A stretch of 64,000 bases of DNA from Halorussus marinus (GTDB lineage: Archaea > Halobacteriota > Halobacteria > Halobacteriales > Haladaptataceae). The translations under genes were made by a program, and so were the position numbers. The notes beneath the pieces are model-generated. The model saw nothing but the letters and a program-made list of their open reading frames with translations, had not been told where the DNA came from and did no database searches. Below, piece by piece: positions 49,330-58,128 of the stretch. The stretch spans positions 248,001-312,000 of the forward strand of contig NZ_SBIV01000001.1 in the NCBI RefSeq assembly GCF_004765795.1, in the 5' to 3' direction. How positions within the stretch are numbered: position 1 is the first letter of the stretch; the number at the start of each line of letters is the position of its first letter.

Positions 49330-50430
49330 TCACTCCCGGACGTTCGCGAGGTCCGACCGGGAGGCCGCCATCACGTCCTCGGGGGCCAGCTCGGCCTCGC
49401 GCCACCGGGGCAGGCGTCGGTCGGCGCCCGGCGGCCGGATCGCCTCTGTGTAGGTGTCGACCTGCTCGCGTTCGACCGCCGGGTCGTACTCGAGGCCGTT
49501 GAACCCGGCGTCGGCGGCGTACTGCTCGACGAGGTCCGCGCCGGCCTCGCGGTACCGATCGGGCAGGGTCTCGTAGTCGGGCGCCACGCCGTGGGCCTCG
49601 ACCGCCCGCAGGAGCGCGGCCCCGACGCCCTCGCTCATGTCCGAGAGTCCGGTCGGCCCCGACACCGCCCGGTGGTCGTGCTCGTAGCGCCCGAGGTCCA
49701 CCTGCGCGGTGCCCTCGAAGCCGGCCCGGGCGAACGCCTCGCCGAGGGTCCCCACTTCCAGCCCCCAGTGGCGCTCGACCCGGACCGCCCGGACGAACTC
49801 GCTCGTCGCCGCGAACTCCCCGGCCAGCGCGTACCGAAACGCTCCGAGATAGTCGAGGATCGGAGCTCCGGGGGTCTCGTCGGCCAGCGCCCGGATCAAC
49901 GGCGCGTAGAACAGTCGACAGAGCCGGCCGTAGAGCCGGCCGTTCTCGACCCGCGCGTAGTAGCCCTTCGAGAAGTCGTAGCCCCTCCCGAGCGGGAAGA
50001 GGAGGCGGGCGACGTCCGCGCCCTCGTACGTCCGGGCGTCGGCGTCGTGGACCGCGACGTACTCGTGGGTGTCCGCGGCGGTGCCAAGCGCCAGCCACAC
50101 GTCCCGGCCCTTCCCCGCCGCCCCGTCGAGCCCCCGGTCGGCGAGCAGTTCGGTCACGCCGGGGCCGTTACACCACACCACGTCGAGCGGGAGGTCGAAC
50201 CCCCCGAGCCACTCGCAAAACGCCTCGACTTTCGCGGCGGGCGCGCGCAGGGCCACTACGACCCGTCCGGGCGCGACCGACTCCAGTTCCGAGAGGACGC
50301 GCTCGGCGGCCAGCCCCGCGTACTCGCGTTCGGTCATCGGGACGACCACCGCCGCGCGGTCGGTCGGCGCGTCGGGCACGCTCGCGGTCAGGTCGTGGAG
50401 GGTGGCGATCCGCTCCTGTCCGTACTCCAT
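49330..50430 (-). CDS. Glucosyl-3-phosphoglycerate synthase-like GT-A glycosyltransferase
   Basis: GKGRDVW, HDAD, KGYYAR, LYGRL, YALAGEF, WGLEVG, YEHDH. Confidence 0.8.
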   Translation of the reverse strand: MEYGQERIATLHDLTASVPDAPTDRAAVVVPMTEREYAGLAAERVLSELESVAPGRVVVALRAPAAKVEAFCEWLGGFDLPLDVVWCNGPGVTELLADRGLDGAAGKGRDVWLALGTAADTHEYVAVHDADARTYEGADVARLLFPLGRGYDFSKGYYARVENGRLYGRLCRLFYAPLIRALADETPGAPILDYLGAFRYALAGEFAATSEFVRAVRVERHWGLEVGTLGEAFARAGFEGTAQVDLGRYEHDHRAVSGPTGLSDMSEGVGAALLRAVEAHGVAPDYETLPDRYREAGADLVEQYAADAGFNGLEYDPAVEREQVDTYTEAIRPPGADRRLPRWREAELAPEDVMAASRSDLANVRE

Positions 50431-50581
50431 CGGCTCGGCGTTAGGACGGAGGGGTTGAAAAGCCGGGGGAATCGCCCCGGAATCGTCGCCTCGCGGTCGG
50501 GTCGATGTCGGCTCGCGGGGAGTTCCCGCGAGAGTATCAGGAACAGGTACACTGATACGGACCGAACGACACCTCTCGGCT

Positions 50582-50953
50582 ATGGACGCGCTCGCTCCGA
50601 CGGAACTCACCGAGGCATTGCAGACCGACGTCGGCGACGGCCTCAGGACCGTCGCGGTCGGCGATCTGACAGATCGCGAGTACAGCATCGTCTACATCCG
50701 CGACAACATCGACGAGACCTACTCCGAGGACATGCGCGAGGAGATCTTCGAGGAGATGGTGTTCGAACACATCTCGGAGGCGCGCCAGACCGACCTGTTC
50801 CCGCCGCTGGGGTCCCTGGAGTTCACCACGCGCATCTTCGAGGACGGAATCAACGTCGTCGGCTGGGACGAGGAGGTCGCGGTGTTCGTCGGTCTCGATC
50901 CCGACCCGACGCTGATCCCGACGACGGTCGAGGCCTGTCGTCGCGCGTTCTAA
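50582..50953 (+). CDS. Conserved haloarchaeal hypothetical protein
   Basis: GDGLRTV...YIRD...LGSLEFTTRIFE; acidic, host-like codons. Confidence 0.75.
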   Translation: MDALAPTELTEALQTDVGDGLRTVAVGDLTDREYSIVYIRDNIDETYSEDMREEIFEEMVFEHISEARQTDLFPPLGSLEFTTRIFEDGINVVGWDEEVAVFVGLDPDPTLIPTTVEACRRAF

Positions 50954-52146
50954 TCCCCCGAGGAAACCGTCGGGTCCCGACCGCCTTCCGGGAGCCAATC
51001 GAGCGCGTAGAGGGCCACCAGCACGGCGAGTATCGCGATCAGTCCCGCGCCGAACGTCCGGAAGACGGCGTCGTAGGCGAATCCCCGGTCGACGAGCGCG
51101 CCGATGACCACGCTTCCCATCGCCTGGACGATCATCACCAGACCGCTGTACAGCGAGTAGGCGCTGGCGCGGTTCTGGTCGGGCAACGAGTCGAGCAGGT
51201 AGGTGTCGAGCGCGGGAAAGAGGCTGTGGACGACGTAGCCGAGCACCGCGGTCACGGCCGCGATGGCGAGGACTCCCTGAGCCGCGGTGAGCGCGAGTAA
51301 CGACGCGACGAACCCACCGAGGATCGCCAGAATGAGCGGGATGTGCGGGAGCCGGTCGGCGAGCCGCCCGGTCGCCCAGAACGCGGGCACGCCGGCCCCA
51401 AAGACCACCGTGAGCAGGGTGTTGGCGGTCCCGGGGGTGACGCCCTTCGTGGCGGTGACGTACTTGACGTAGAAGTTGAAAAAGCCGTTCCAGACGAACC
51501 CGCTCGCGCCGAATAGCGCGACGCCGGTCACGATGATGGGCCACTGCTTGCGGGCGGCCGCGAGGAAGTTGCGGTCGGCGCTCCCGGCGTCGGGCAGGTC
51601 CGTCCGTCGGGCCGTCCAGTAGAAGCCCGCGGTGGCGAGGGCCGCCACGGCGGCGACCACCGCGAACACCTCGCGCCACGAGGCGGTCAACAGCACCGCG
51701 CCGACGAAAAGCGGCGCGACGACGGCCGCGACCTGACTCGCCATCCCGTGGATGCCGAGCGTCCGGCCGACTCTGCCGGGGTACAGCTCCGAGACGAGGG
51801 GGTTGGCCGCGATGAAGTACGCGCCGCTGGCGACTCCCATCAGGAACGCCCCGACCGCGAGCATCGGGACGGAGTTCGCGGCGTACATGAACAGGGCCGC
51901 GCCGGTCAGGACCGCGCCGGTCCCGAGCACGACCCGGTGGCGCTCGACGCGGGTGAGGAGGTAGCCGGTCGGAATGCGAGGCGTGGCGCTCCCCAGCCAC
52001 GCGAGGGTGGCGATCAGCCCCGCCGTCGACTCGTCGAGGGCGAACGCCCCCGAAAGCGGCTCCAGCAGGGGCGCGAACACCACGCGGGCGAGGTTGACCA
52101 GGAACACCAGCGAACACATCGACGCGAAGACCCGGCCACGAGACAC
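50950..52146 (-). CDS. MFS transporter
   Basis: About 12 TM segments, GRLADRL motif; GTG start inferred. Confidence 0.88.
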   Translation of the reverse strand: MSRGRVFASMCSLVFLVNLARVVFAPLLEPLSGAFALDESTAGLIATLAWLGSATPRIPTGYLLTRVERHRVVLGTGAVLTGAALFMYAANSVPMLAVGAFLMGVASGAYFIAANPLVSELYPGRVGRTLGIHGMASQVAAVVAPLFVGAVLLTASWREVFAVVAAVAALATAGFYWTARRTDLPDAGSADRNFLAAARKQWPIIVTGVALFGASGFVWNGFFNFYVKYVTATKGVTPGTANTLLTVVFGAGVPAFWATGRLADRLPHIPLILAILGGFVASLLALTAAQGVLAIAAVTAVLGYVVHSLFPALDTYLLDSLPDQNRASAYSLYSGLVMIVQAMGSVVIGALVDRGFAYDAVFRTFGAGLIAILAVLVALYALDWLPEGGRDPTVSSGD

Positions 52147-52208
52147 GCTCGGGCCTACTCGGAGCCGACAGTCAAAGCTTCCGAAAGCCGAACCCGCCGA
52201 CCGGCCGG

Positions 52209-53297
52209 CTACTCGAACACCGCGTCGAAGGCGTCGGCGCCCAGCGGGTCGTGGCGGCCCGCCGCGGCGTTCTCCTCGACGTGCTCGGGGCGACTCGCGC
52301 CCACCAGCGACGAGGTCACCCCCGGCGCGCTCCGGGCGAAGTTGATCGCGCGCTGGACGGTCGTCTCCCCGGCCAGTCGGTCGGCGACGTCGTCGGGGAG
52401 CGTCTCGGCGAGGTCCCCCTGCGCGATGCTCGCGCTCGTGAACACGTTCAGCCCCGCCTCGTGGGCGAACCAGAGCGCGCTCTGGGGTCCCTCGGGGCCC
52501 TCGTGGGCCTCGACGGTGAACGCGTCGGCCATGACCACGTTGAACGGGAGCTGGATCGCCCGAAAGTGGGTCGCGGTGTTCTCGGCGGCCTTGGCGGCCG
52601 CCCGGGCCCGCGAGACGATCTCGGGTAGCGAGAGGTACTCGTCGTCGCCGCCGGGCACCCGGAGGGCGTTCCACGTCGCGACCCCGTAGTTGCTGATGTC
52701 GCCGGCCGCCGCGCGCTCCTCGAGGCGGGTGAAGGCCGCTTCGAGCTGATCGTACACCGCCTCGCGCGATCGGGCTTCGAGCTGGGTCTCGGGGTTGTGG
52801 ACGTAGTAGAGGTCGATCTCCTCGACCCCGAGGTTCTCGAGCGATCGGTCGAGTTGCTCGTCGAGAAACGCCGGGGCGATGCAGTGGCTCCCGCGGGCGA
52901 GGTCCTCGCGGTCGACCAGCCCGGGTTCGACGAACTCCCGGCGGACGTACTCGCCGGGGTCGTCGGGGCGCTCGCCGTCGAAGGGGACGAACCCGCCCTT
53001 CGTGGAGACGAACGCGGCCTCGCGGGCGACGTCGGCGTCGTCGATCGCCCGGCCGACCGCGCGCTCGCTCCGCTGACACCGGTAGTTGATCGCGGTGTCG
53101 ATCACGTTGATCCCGGATTCGAGCGCGGTCTCGATCGCGTCGCGGTAGCGGGCGTCGACGGGGTCGGTGGGGTCGCCGAGGTAGGTGCCGACGCCGATCG
53201 AGGAGATCGCGAGGTCGTTGAACCGCCGGAAGTACGTTCGGCCGAAGTCGTCGCCGTGCTGGAGCTTGTACTCGTACGTGCCGTCGGCGGTGGCCAT
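52209..53297 (-). CDS. Aldo/keto reductase
   Basis: IGVGT, IDTAINY, STKGG, DLYYVHNP. Confidence 0.9.
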   Translation of the reverse strand: MATADGTYEYKLQHGDDFGRTYFRRFNDLAISSIGVGTYLGDPTDPVDARYRDAIETALESGINVIDTAINYRCQRSERAVGRAIDDADVAREAAFVSTKGGFVPFDGERPDDPGEYVRREFVEPGLVDREDLARGSHCIAPAFLDEQLDRSLENLGVEEIDLYYVHNPETQLEARSREAVYDQLEAAFTRLEERAAAGDISNYGVATWNALRVPGGDDEYLSLPEIVSRARAAAKAAENTATHFRAIQLPFNVVMADAFTVEAHEGPEGPQSALWFAHEAGLNVFTSASIAQGDLAETLPDDVADRLAGETTVQRAINFARSAPGVTSSLVGASRPEHVEENAAAGRHDPLGADAFDAVFE

Positions 53298-53367
53298 ACC
53301 CGGAGGTAGCCCCGCTACCGGGATAAGACTGCGGTGTTCGTCCGAAACCCGACCCCGTTCGCCGGTA

Positions 53368-53383
53368 TTTAGGCTGGCCTAAA
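53368..53383. promoter_or_regulatory. DtxR/IdeR-family operator 1
   Basis: tttaggctggcctaaa palindrome (TTAGG-N4-CCTAA). Confidence 0.8.
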
Positions 53384-53401
53384 ACGGAACGTTTTTCAAT
53401 A

Positions 53402-53417
53402 TTTAGGTAAGCCTAAA
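53402..53417. promoter_or_regulatory. DtxR/IdeR-family operator 2
   Basis: tttaggtaagcctaaa palindrome, ending 5 bp before the ATG at 53423. Confidence 0.85.
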
Positions 53418-53422
53418 ACAGT

Positions 53423-55855
53423 ATGGCGACGAACCGACGCGATCTGTTGAAAGCGGGATCGGCGGCGATCGCCGGCCTCCCGCTGGCCGGGTGTAGCGGC
53501 ATGCTCGAAGAGGGCGAGCGCACTACCGCGACCGAGACCACGGACGCCGACGCCTCGAGCGCGCCGGAGCCGGCCGCGGTCGCGGTCGCGGCCGAGTGGA
53601 ACGTCTACCGGGCGCTGGCCCGGGACGCGCTCGGAATCGGGCTCGCCGGGGCGTTCGATTCGAGCGCCCGGATCGCGGCCGACGCCTTCGAGAAGTTCGA
53701 GCGGGCCGGCGGCGAGTGGGGCGCCCACGAGGCGCTCGAAGCGACGGACGAGGACCGCTACGAGGGGTTCGAGGAGGCGCTTGGCCAGCTCCGACAGCGC
53801 GCCCGAGAGGGCAACGTCGAGGAGATGCGAGTGGAGGCCGACCTCGTCGACGACCACCTCGGGGCCGCACAGGCCGACCGCGCCGGCGAAGCGAACGCCG
53901 CCGCGCTCGATCTGCTCGCGCTCGGGTCGCGGGCTTCGACGGCCGCCGCGCTCGCCGGTGCGGGCGAGTTCGAGGCCGCCGCCGCGGTCGCTGGCGACGC
54001 CGCCGACGCCTTCGAGGAAGCCGATGCCCACGAGGCGCTCGAATCGGCCGACCGAGAGAGCTACGAGGCCTTCGAGGCGGCGCTGGACGGCGCGAACGCC
54101 GCGGCGACCGACGAGCGAGTCGAAGACGTCCGCGCCCGTGCCGACGCGGCCCTCGACGCCGCGGCGACCGGCGCCTCAGCGGTCGCCGACAGCGAGGCCG
54201 CGGCCGGTGCCGGCTACCTCGCCGCGATGCAGACCCGGGCCTACGACGCCGGGGCGCTGGCCTCGCTGGGCGGGCCCTCCACCGACTTCGCGCACGCGGC
54301 GGCGCTGAACGTCTACCGGGCGCGGGCGTACGATTCCGCGTGGCTGACCGCCCGCGGGGAGTCCGACCGCGCGACGCAGGTCGCCCGAGACATCTTCGCG
54401 CACTTCGAGGGCGCGAAGGCCCACGAGGCGCTCGAATCCGCCGATCAGGAGGCCTACGAGGGCTTCGAGGGCGCGCTGGAGGACCTCGCCGCGGCGGCCG
54501 AGAACGGCGACGCCGAGGCCGCCCGGGACGCCGCCGACGCGGTCGAGACCCACCTCCGGACCGGCGTCTCGTCGCTGGCGACCGAGACCCAGGCCGCCGT
54601 CCTCCAGGCCGCGTTCTTGCGGGCGCGGTTCGAGGACGCCCGCGAACGGTACGCGCTCGGCGACGGGGCGGCCGCCAAGAGCGTCGCTCAGGGCCTTTTC
54701 GAGCGCTTCGAGTCGGACCAACTGGGCGTCCACGAGGCGCTCGAAGGCGCGAGCGAGGACCTCTACGAGGCCTTCGAGCACGAGCATCTCCGGGAGGGCC
54801 TGATCCCGGCCTTCGGAGACGGCGACGACGAGGGCGTCGAGACGCACGCCGCGGGCGTCGAGGACGCGCTGTTCGAGTTCGAGACGATCGTCGCCGGCGA
54901 GCCGACGGTCAGCGCCGCCGAGAGCGGGCTGATGAGCGCTCGGGCGTTCGACGCCGCCGGCCTCTCGGCGCTCGGAGAGTCAGATCGCGCCCGGTCGGTC
55001 GTCGAGTCGACGTTCCAGCACTTCGAGCGAGGTGCCGGCGGTTTCCACGAGGCGCTCGAAGCCGCCGATCGGGACCTGTACGAGTCCTTCGAGCGCCGCC
55101 TGACCGCGGTCGGCGACGCGACCGAGAGCGGCGACGCCTACGCCGCGGCGACGGCGTTCGACGAGAAGGCCGTCGCCGCCATCTACGCGGTCGTGGCGAA
55201 CGCCGGCGGCGACTTCGGCGGCGCGGCCGCGACCGTCGCGCGCGACGCGTTCGCCGGGTTCGAGCAAGCGGCGGTCCACGAGCGCCTCGAATCCGCCGAT
55301 CGGGAGGCCTACGAGGCGTTCGAGGCCCGACTCGGCGATCTCGTCGACGCGCTGGAGGACGGGAGCGGCGTCTCGGACGCGCTCGCGGCGTTCGCGGACG
55401 CGGCGGTCCGCGCCGAGTTCGCGGTCGCCGGCGCACCCGACGCGGCCCCGGTCGGGGAGCGCGAGTCGGGCGACACCGAGACGGAACTGACCGGCGGCCC
55501 GAACGTCGTCGACGGCGTCCCCGAGGACGCCGATCACGTCGTCGAGATGACGGCGGTCTCGTTCGACCCGGCCGAACTGACCGTCGAGCGAGGCGACACG
55601 GTGGCCTTCGCGTTCGCCGAGGGCGAACCCCACTCGATCACCGCGTACGAGGACGACCTCCCCGAGGGGGCCGACTACTGGGCGTCCGGCGGTTTCGACG
55701 ATCAGGCGGCCGCGGAGGCTGGCTGGGAGAACGGGGAGGGCGCGGTCCAGTCCGGGCAGGCTTACGTCCGGACCTTCGAGGCGACGGGGACTCACGAGTA
55801 CTTCTGTATCCCCCACGAGGCCGCCGGGATGGTCGGGAGCGTCGTCGTCGAGTAG
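53423..55855 (+). CDS. Tat lipoprotein with six helical HEALE repeats (DUF5059-like) and C-terminal plastocyanin/halocyanin domain
   Basis: NRRDLL twin-arginine, LAGC lipobox; type-1 Cu ligands PHS...YFCIPHEAAGM. Confidence 0.88.
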   Translation: MATNRRDLLKAGSAAIAGLPLAGCSGMLEEGERTTATETTDADASSAPEPAAVAVAAEWNVYRALARDALGIGLAGAFDSSARIAADAFEKFERAGGEWGAHEALEATDEDRYEGFEEALGQLRQRAREGNVEEMRVEADLVDDHLGAAQADRAGEANAAALDLLALGSRASTAAALAGAGEFEAAAAVAGDAADAFEEADAHEALESADRESYEAFEAALDGANAAATDERVEDVRARADAALDAAATGASAVADSEAAAGAGYLAAMQTRAYDAGALASLGGPSTDFAHAAALNVYRARAYDSAWLTARGESDRATQVARDIFAHFEGAKAHEALESADQEAYEGFEGALEDLAAAAENGDAEAARDAADAVETHLRTGVSSLATETQAAVLQAAFLRARFEDARERYALGDGAAAKSVAQGLFERFESDQLGVHEALEGASEDLYEAFEHEHLREGLIPAFGDGDDEGVETHAAGVEDALFEFETIVAGEPTVSAAESGLMSARAFDAAGLSALGESDRARSVVESTFQHFERGAGGFHEALEAADRDLYESFERRLTAVGDATESGDAYAAATAFDEKAVAAIYAVVANAGGDFGGAAATVARDAFAGFEQAAVHERLESADREAYEAFEARLGDLVDALEDGSGVSDALAAFADAAVRAEFAVAGAPDAAPVGERESGDTETELTGGPNVVDGVPEDADHVVEMTAVSFDPAELTVERGDTVAFAFAEGEPHSITAYEDDLPEGADYWASGGFDDQAAAEAGWENGEGAVQSGQAYVRTFEATGTHEYFCIPHEAAGMVGSVVVE

Positions 55856-57043
55856 CTACACGTCCCCGTTGAGTGCGGCGAAGATGTCGCCGGTGAGTTC
55901 GGTCTGGGACCACAGCGCCGCCTCCTCGCCGTGGGCGTAGGCCGCGCCGTCGACCGGGACCTGTCCGCCACCCATCCGGGCGTGACCGCCCGCGCTCGCG
56001 CCGGGGATGTCGCCGACGGCGGCTTCGAGGGCCTTCCCCATGTGGACCCGATCGTCCCGGGAGCGCCCCGAGAGGTGGACCGTCTCCTCCCGGCGGCCAC
56101 AGACCACCACCGCCGTGACACCCTCCAACTGGAGGAGTTCGTCGGCGGCCTGCGGGACGGCGTCGGCGTTGGAGACTCGCCCGACGTCGCTGACCGCGAA
56201 CGACCCCCGGACGTCCCTGTCGGAGATCGCTCGGGCCTTGATTTCGAGCACCTCGGCGCTGACCTGTGGGTTCGCGATCCGATCGAGCAGGTCCTCGTCG
56301 ACGCCCCGATAGAGGTACGCCGCGGCCGCGAACTCCGCGTCGGTACAGCCGTTGGTGAGGTGTTTGGTGTCGGCCTGAATTCCGTACAGGAGGCCGGTGG
56401 CGACGTCGGAGGGGACGACGAGTCCGTCGACATCGCCCGGCGACTCGTCTGGATCGGCCGGCGTCGCGTCGACGTCTTCGAGGTACTCGGCGACGATGGT
56501 CGCACACGCCCCGTAGTCGGTTCGCTGGTCGGTGAACTCCTCGCCGGTGCCGTTCCCGGGGTGGTGGTCGACGACCGCGTACGGTTCGACGCCTTCGGCG
56601 CCCTCGAAGCCGCGGGGCGTGTTGTGGTCGACCAGCACCACGTCGTCGGCGATCTCGCGCTCGTGGTCGATCCGCTCGAAGTCCAGATCGAGCACCGTCC
56701 GGAACGCTCGGTTCTGTTGGTGGCGGATCTGACCGGCGTACTGGAGGGTGGCGTCGGTCCCGACCGTGGCCGCGAGGTGCGCGACTCCGATGGCACAGGC
56801 CATCGCGTCGGGGTCGGGGTTGGGGTGCATCAGGATCGCGACCGACTCGCGGTCGGCGAGCGCGCGTTTGAGCCGCACGCCCATCGGTCGTCGGATCCAG
56901 CGGACGACCAGCCACACCGACGCGACCACGGCGATCGCGCCGAGGGCCGCCGCCCCCGCGAGCTCGGGGGAGTCCAGCCCGTAGGACTCCGCGAGGCGCA
57001 CGAGCTGTCGAACCCGCGGGTCCGGGAACACCGGCGATTGCAT
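55856..57043 (-). CDS. DHH/DHHA1 phosphoesterase with N-terminal TM
   Basis: HPNPDPDA, VVDHH, GIQADT, SGRSR, GGH. Confidence 0.9.
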   Translation of the reverse strand: MQSPVFPDPRVRQLVRLAESYGLDSPELAGAAALGAIAVVASVWLVVRWIRRPMGVRLKRALADRESVAILMHPNPDPDAMACAIGVAHLAATVGTDATLQYAGQIRHQQNRAFRTVLDLDFERIDHEREIADDVVLVDHNTPRGFEGAEGVEPYAVVDHHPGNGTGEEFTDQRTDYGACATIVAEYLEDVDATPADPDESPGDVDGLVVPSDVATGLLYGIQADTKHLTNGCTDAEFAAAAYLYRGVDEDLLDRIANPQVSAEVLEIKARAISDRDVRGSFAVSDVGRVSNADAVPQAADELLQLEGVTAVVVCGRREETVHLSGRSRDDRVHMGKALEAAVGDIPGASAGGHARMGGGQVPVDGAAYAHGEEAALWSQTELTGDIFAALNGDV

Positions 57044-57101
57044 GTCCCTGACTGTCAACGCCGACCGACAAGAAATTTTCCCGATATGAACGCGCCGGAT
57101 C

Positions 57102-57998
57102 TCAGGCCCGATCCGCCCGGAAGCGGTCGATTTCGTCGCGATACCCCTCCCGGTAGGTCGGATACGCGAACTGATAGGCCAGCCCGCGGAGCTTCTCGTT
57201 CGAGCACCGCTTGCTCGTCAGGAGCCGGCGCCGGGCCCGCTCGGAGAGGTCGGCGTCGTCGAGTCGCTCCTCGACGGTCCGCTTTTGCGGGCGCTCGACG
57301 CCGCACTCGTCGGCGAGCCAGTCGGCGAACGTCCACCGCGAAACCGGCTCGTCGTCGACGACCAGCACCGTCTCGCCGCGTGCGAGGTCGGAGTCGAGCA
57401 GGAACGCCACCGCCCCGGCCGCGTCGTCGCGGTGGACCATGTTCAGATACCCCTCGGTGACCGGCCCGTCGAGGTACCGCTCCAGCCTCGTTCGGTCGGG
57501 GCCGTAGATGCCCGCCAGTCGGGCGACCGTGCCGTCGACGCCGTATTCGGGCGGGAGTTCGCGGGCGAGTCGCTCGGCCTCGACCAACACCTCGGTCTTC
57601 TCGGTGGTCGGATCGAGGGGCGTCTCCTCGTCGACCCAGTCGCCGCCGTGGTCGCCGTACACTCCGGTGCTGGAGGTGTAGACGAACCGGTCGGGCGGCG
57701 ATTCGCGCGCGCCGAACGACTCGATCGCGGTCCGGAGCCCATCGACGTACACCTCGCGGGCGGCCTCGGCGTCCCGGCCCCCGGAACTGGCCGCGAAGAC
57801 GACCGCGTCGGCGTCCGGGACCGCCCCCAGCGACTCGGGGTCGGTCACGTCCGCCCGGACGCCCTCGAAGCCCGCCGACTCGATGGCGTCGAGCCCCGAC
57901 TCCGAGCGCCTGACCCCGACGGCGCGGTGGCCCGCGTCGGTCAGTCGGCGGCCGAGTTCGAGCCCGACGTAGCCACAGCCCAGTATCGCAACGTCCAT
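57102..57998 (-). CDS. NAD-dependent epimerase/dehydratase (extended SDR)
   Basis: ILGCGYVG, YTSSTGVYG, GIYGP, VHRDD. Confidence 0.9.
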   Translation of the reverse strand: MDVAILGCGYVGLELGRRLTDAGHRAVGVRRSESGLDAIESAGFEGVRADVTDPESLGAVPDADAVVFAASSGGRDAEAAREVYVDGLRTAIESFGARESPPDRFVYTSSTGVYGDHGGDWVDEETPLDPTTEKTEVLVEAERLARELPPEYGVDGTVARLAGIYGPDRTRLERYLDGPVTEGYLNMVHRDDAAGAVAFLLDSDLARGETVLVVDDEPVSRWTFADWLADECGVERPQKRTVEERLDDADLSERARRRLLTSKRCSNEKLRGLAYQFAYPTYREGYRDEIDRFRADRA

Positions 57999-58128
57999 GT
58001 GCGAGCGTCGGCGCGAGCCGGCATAACTCCGGCGACTCGGCCGATTCGGCGCGCGCGAGGACGGCCGGAACCGACGGATGCGAGTCGGAGCCCGTGGATT
58101 CAAGGCCATCGCGTGAGATTCAGCCTGT

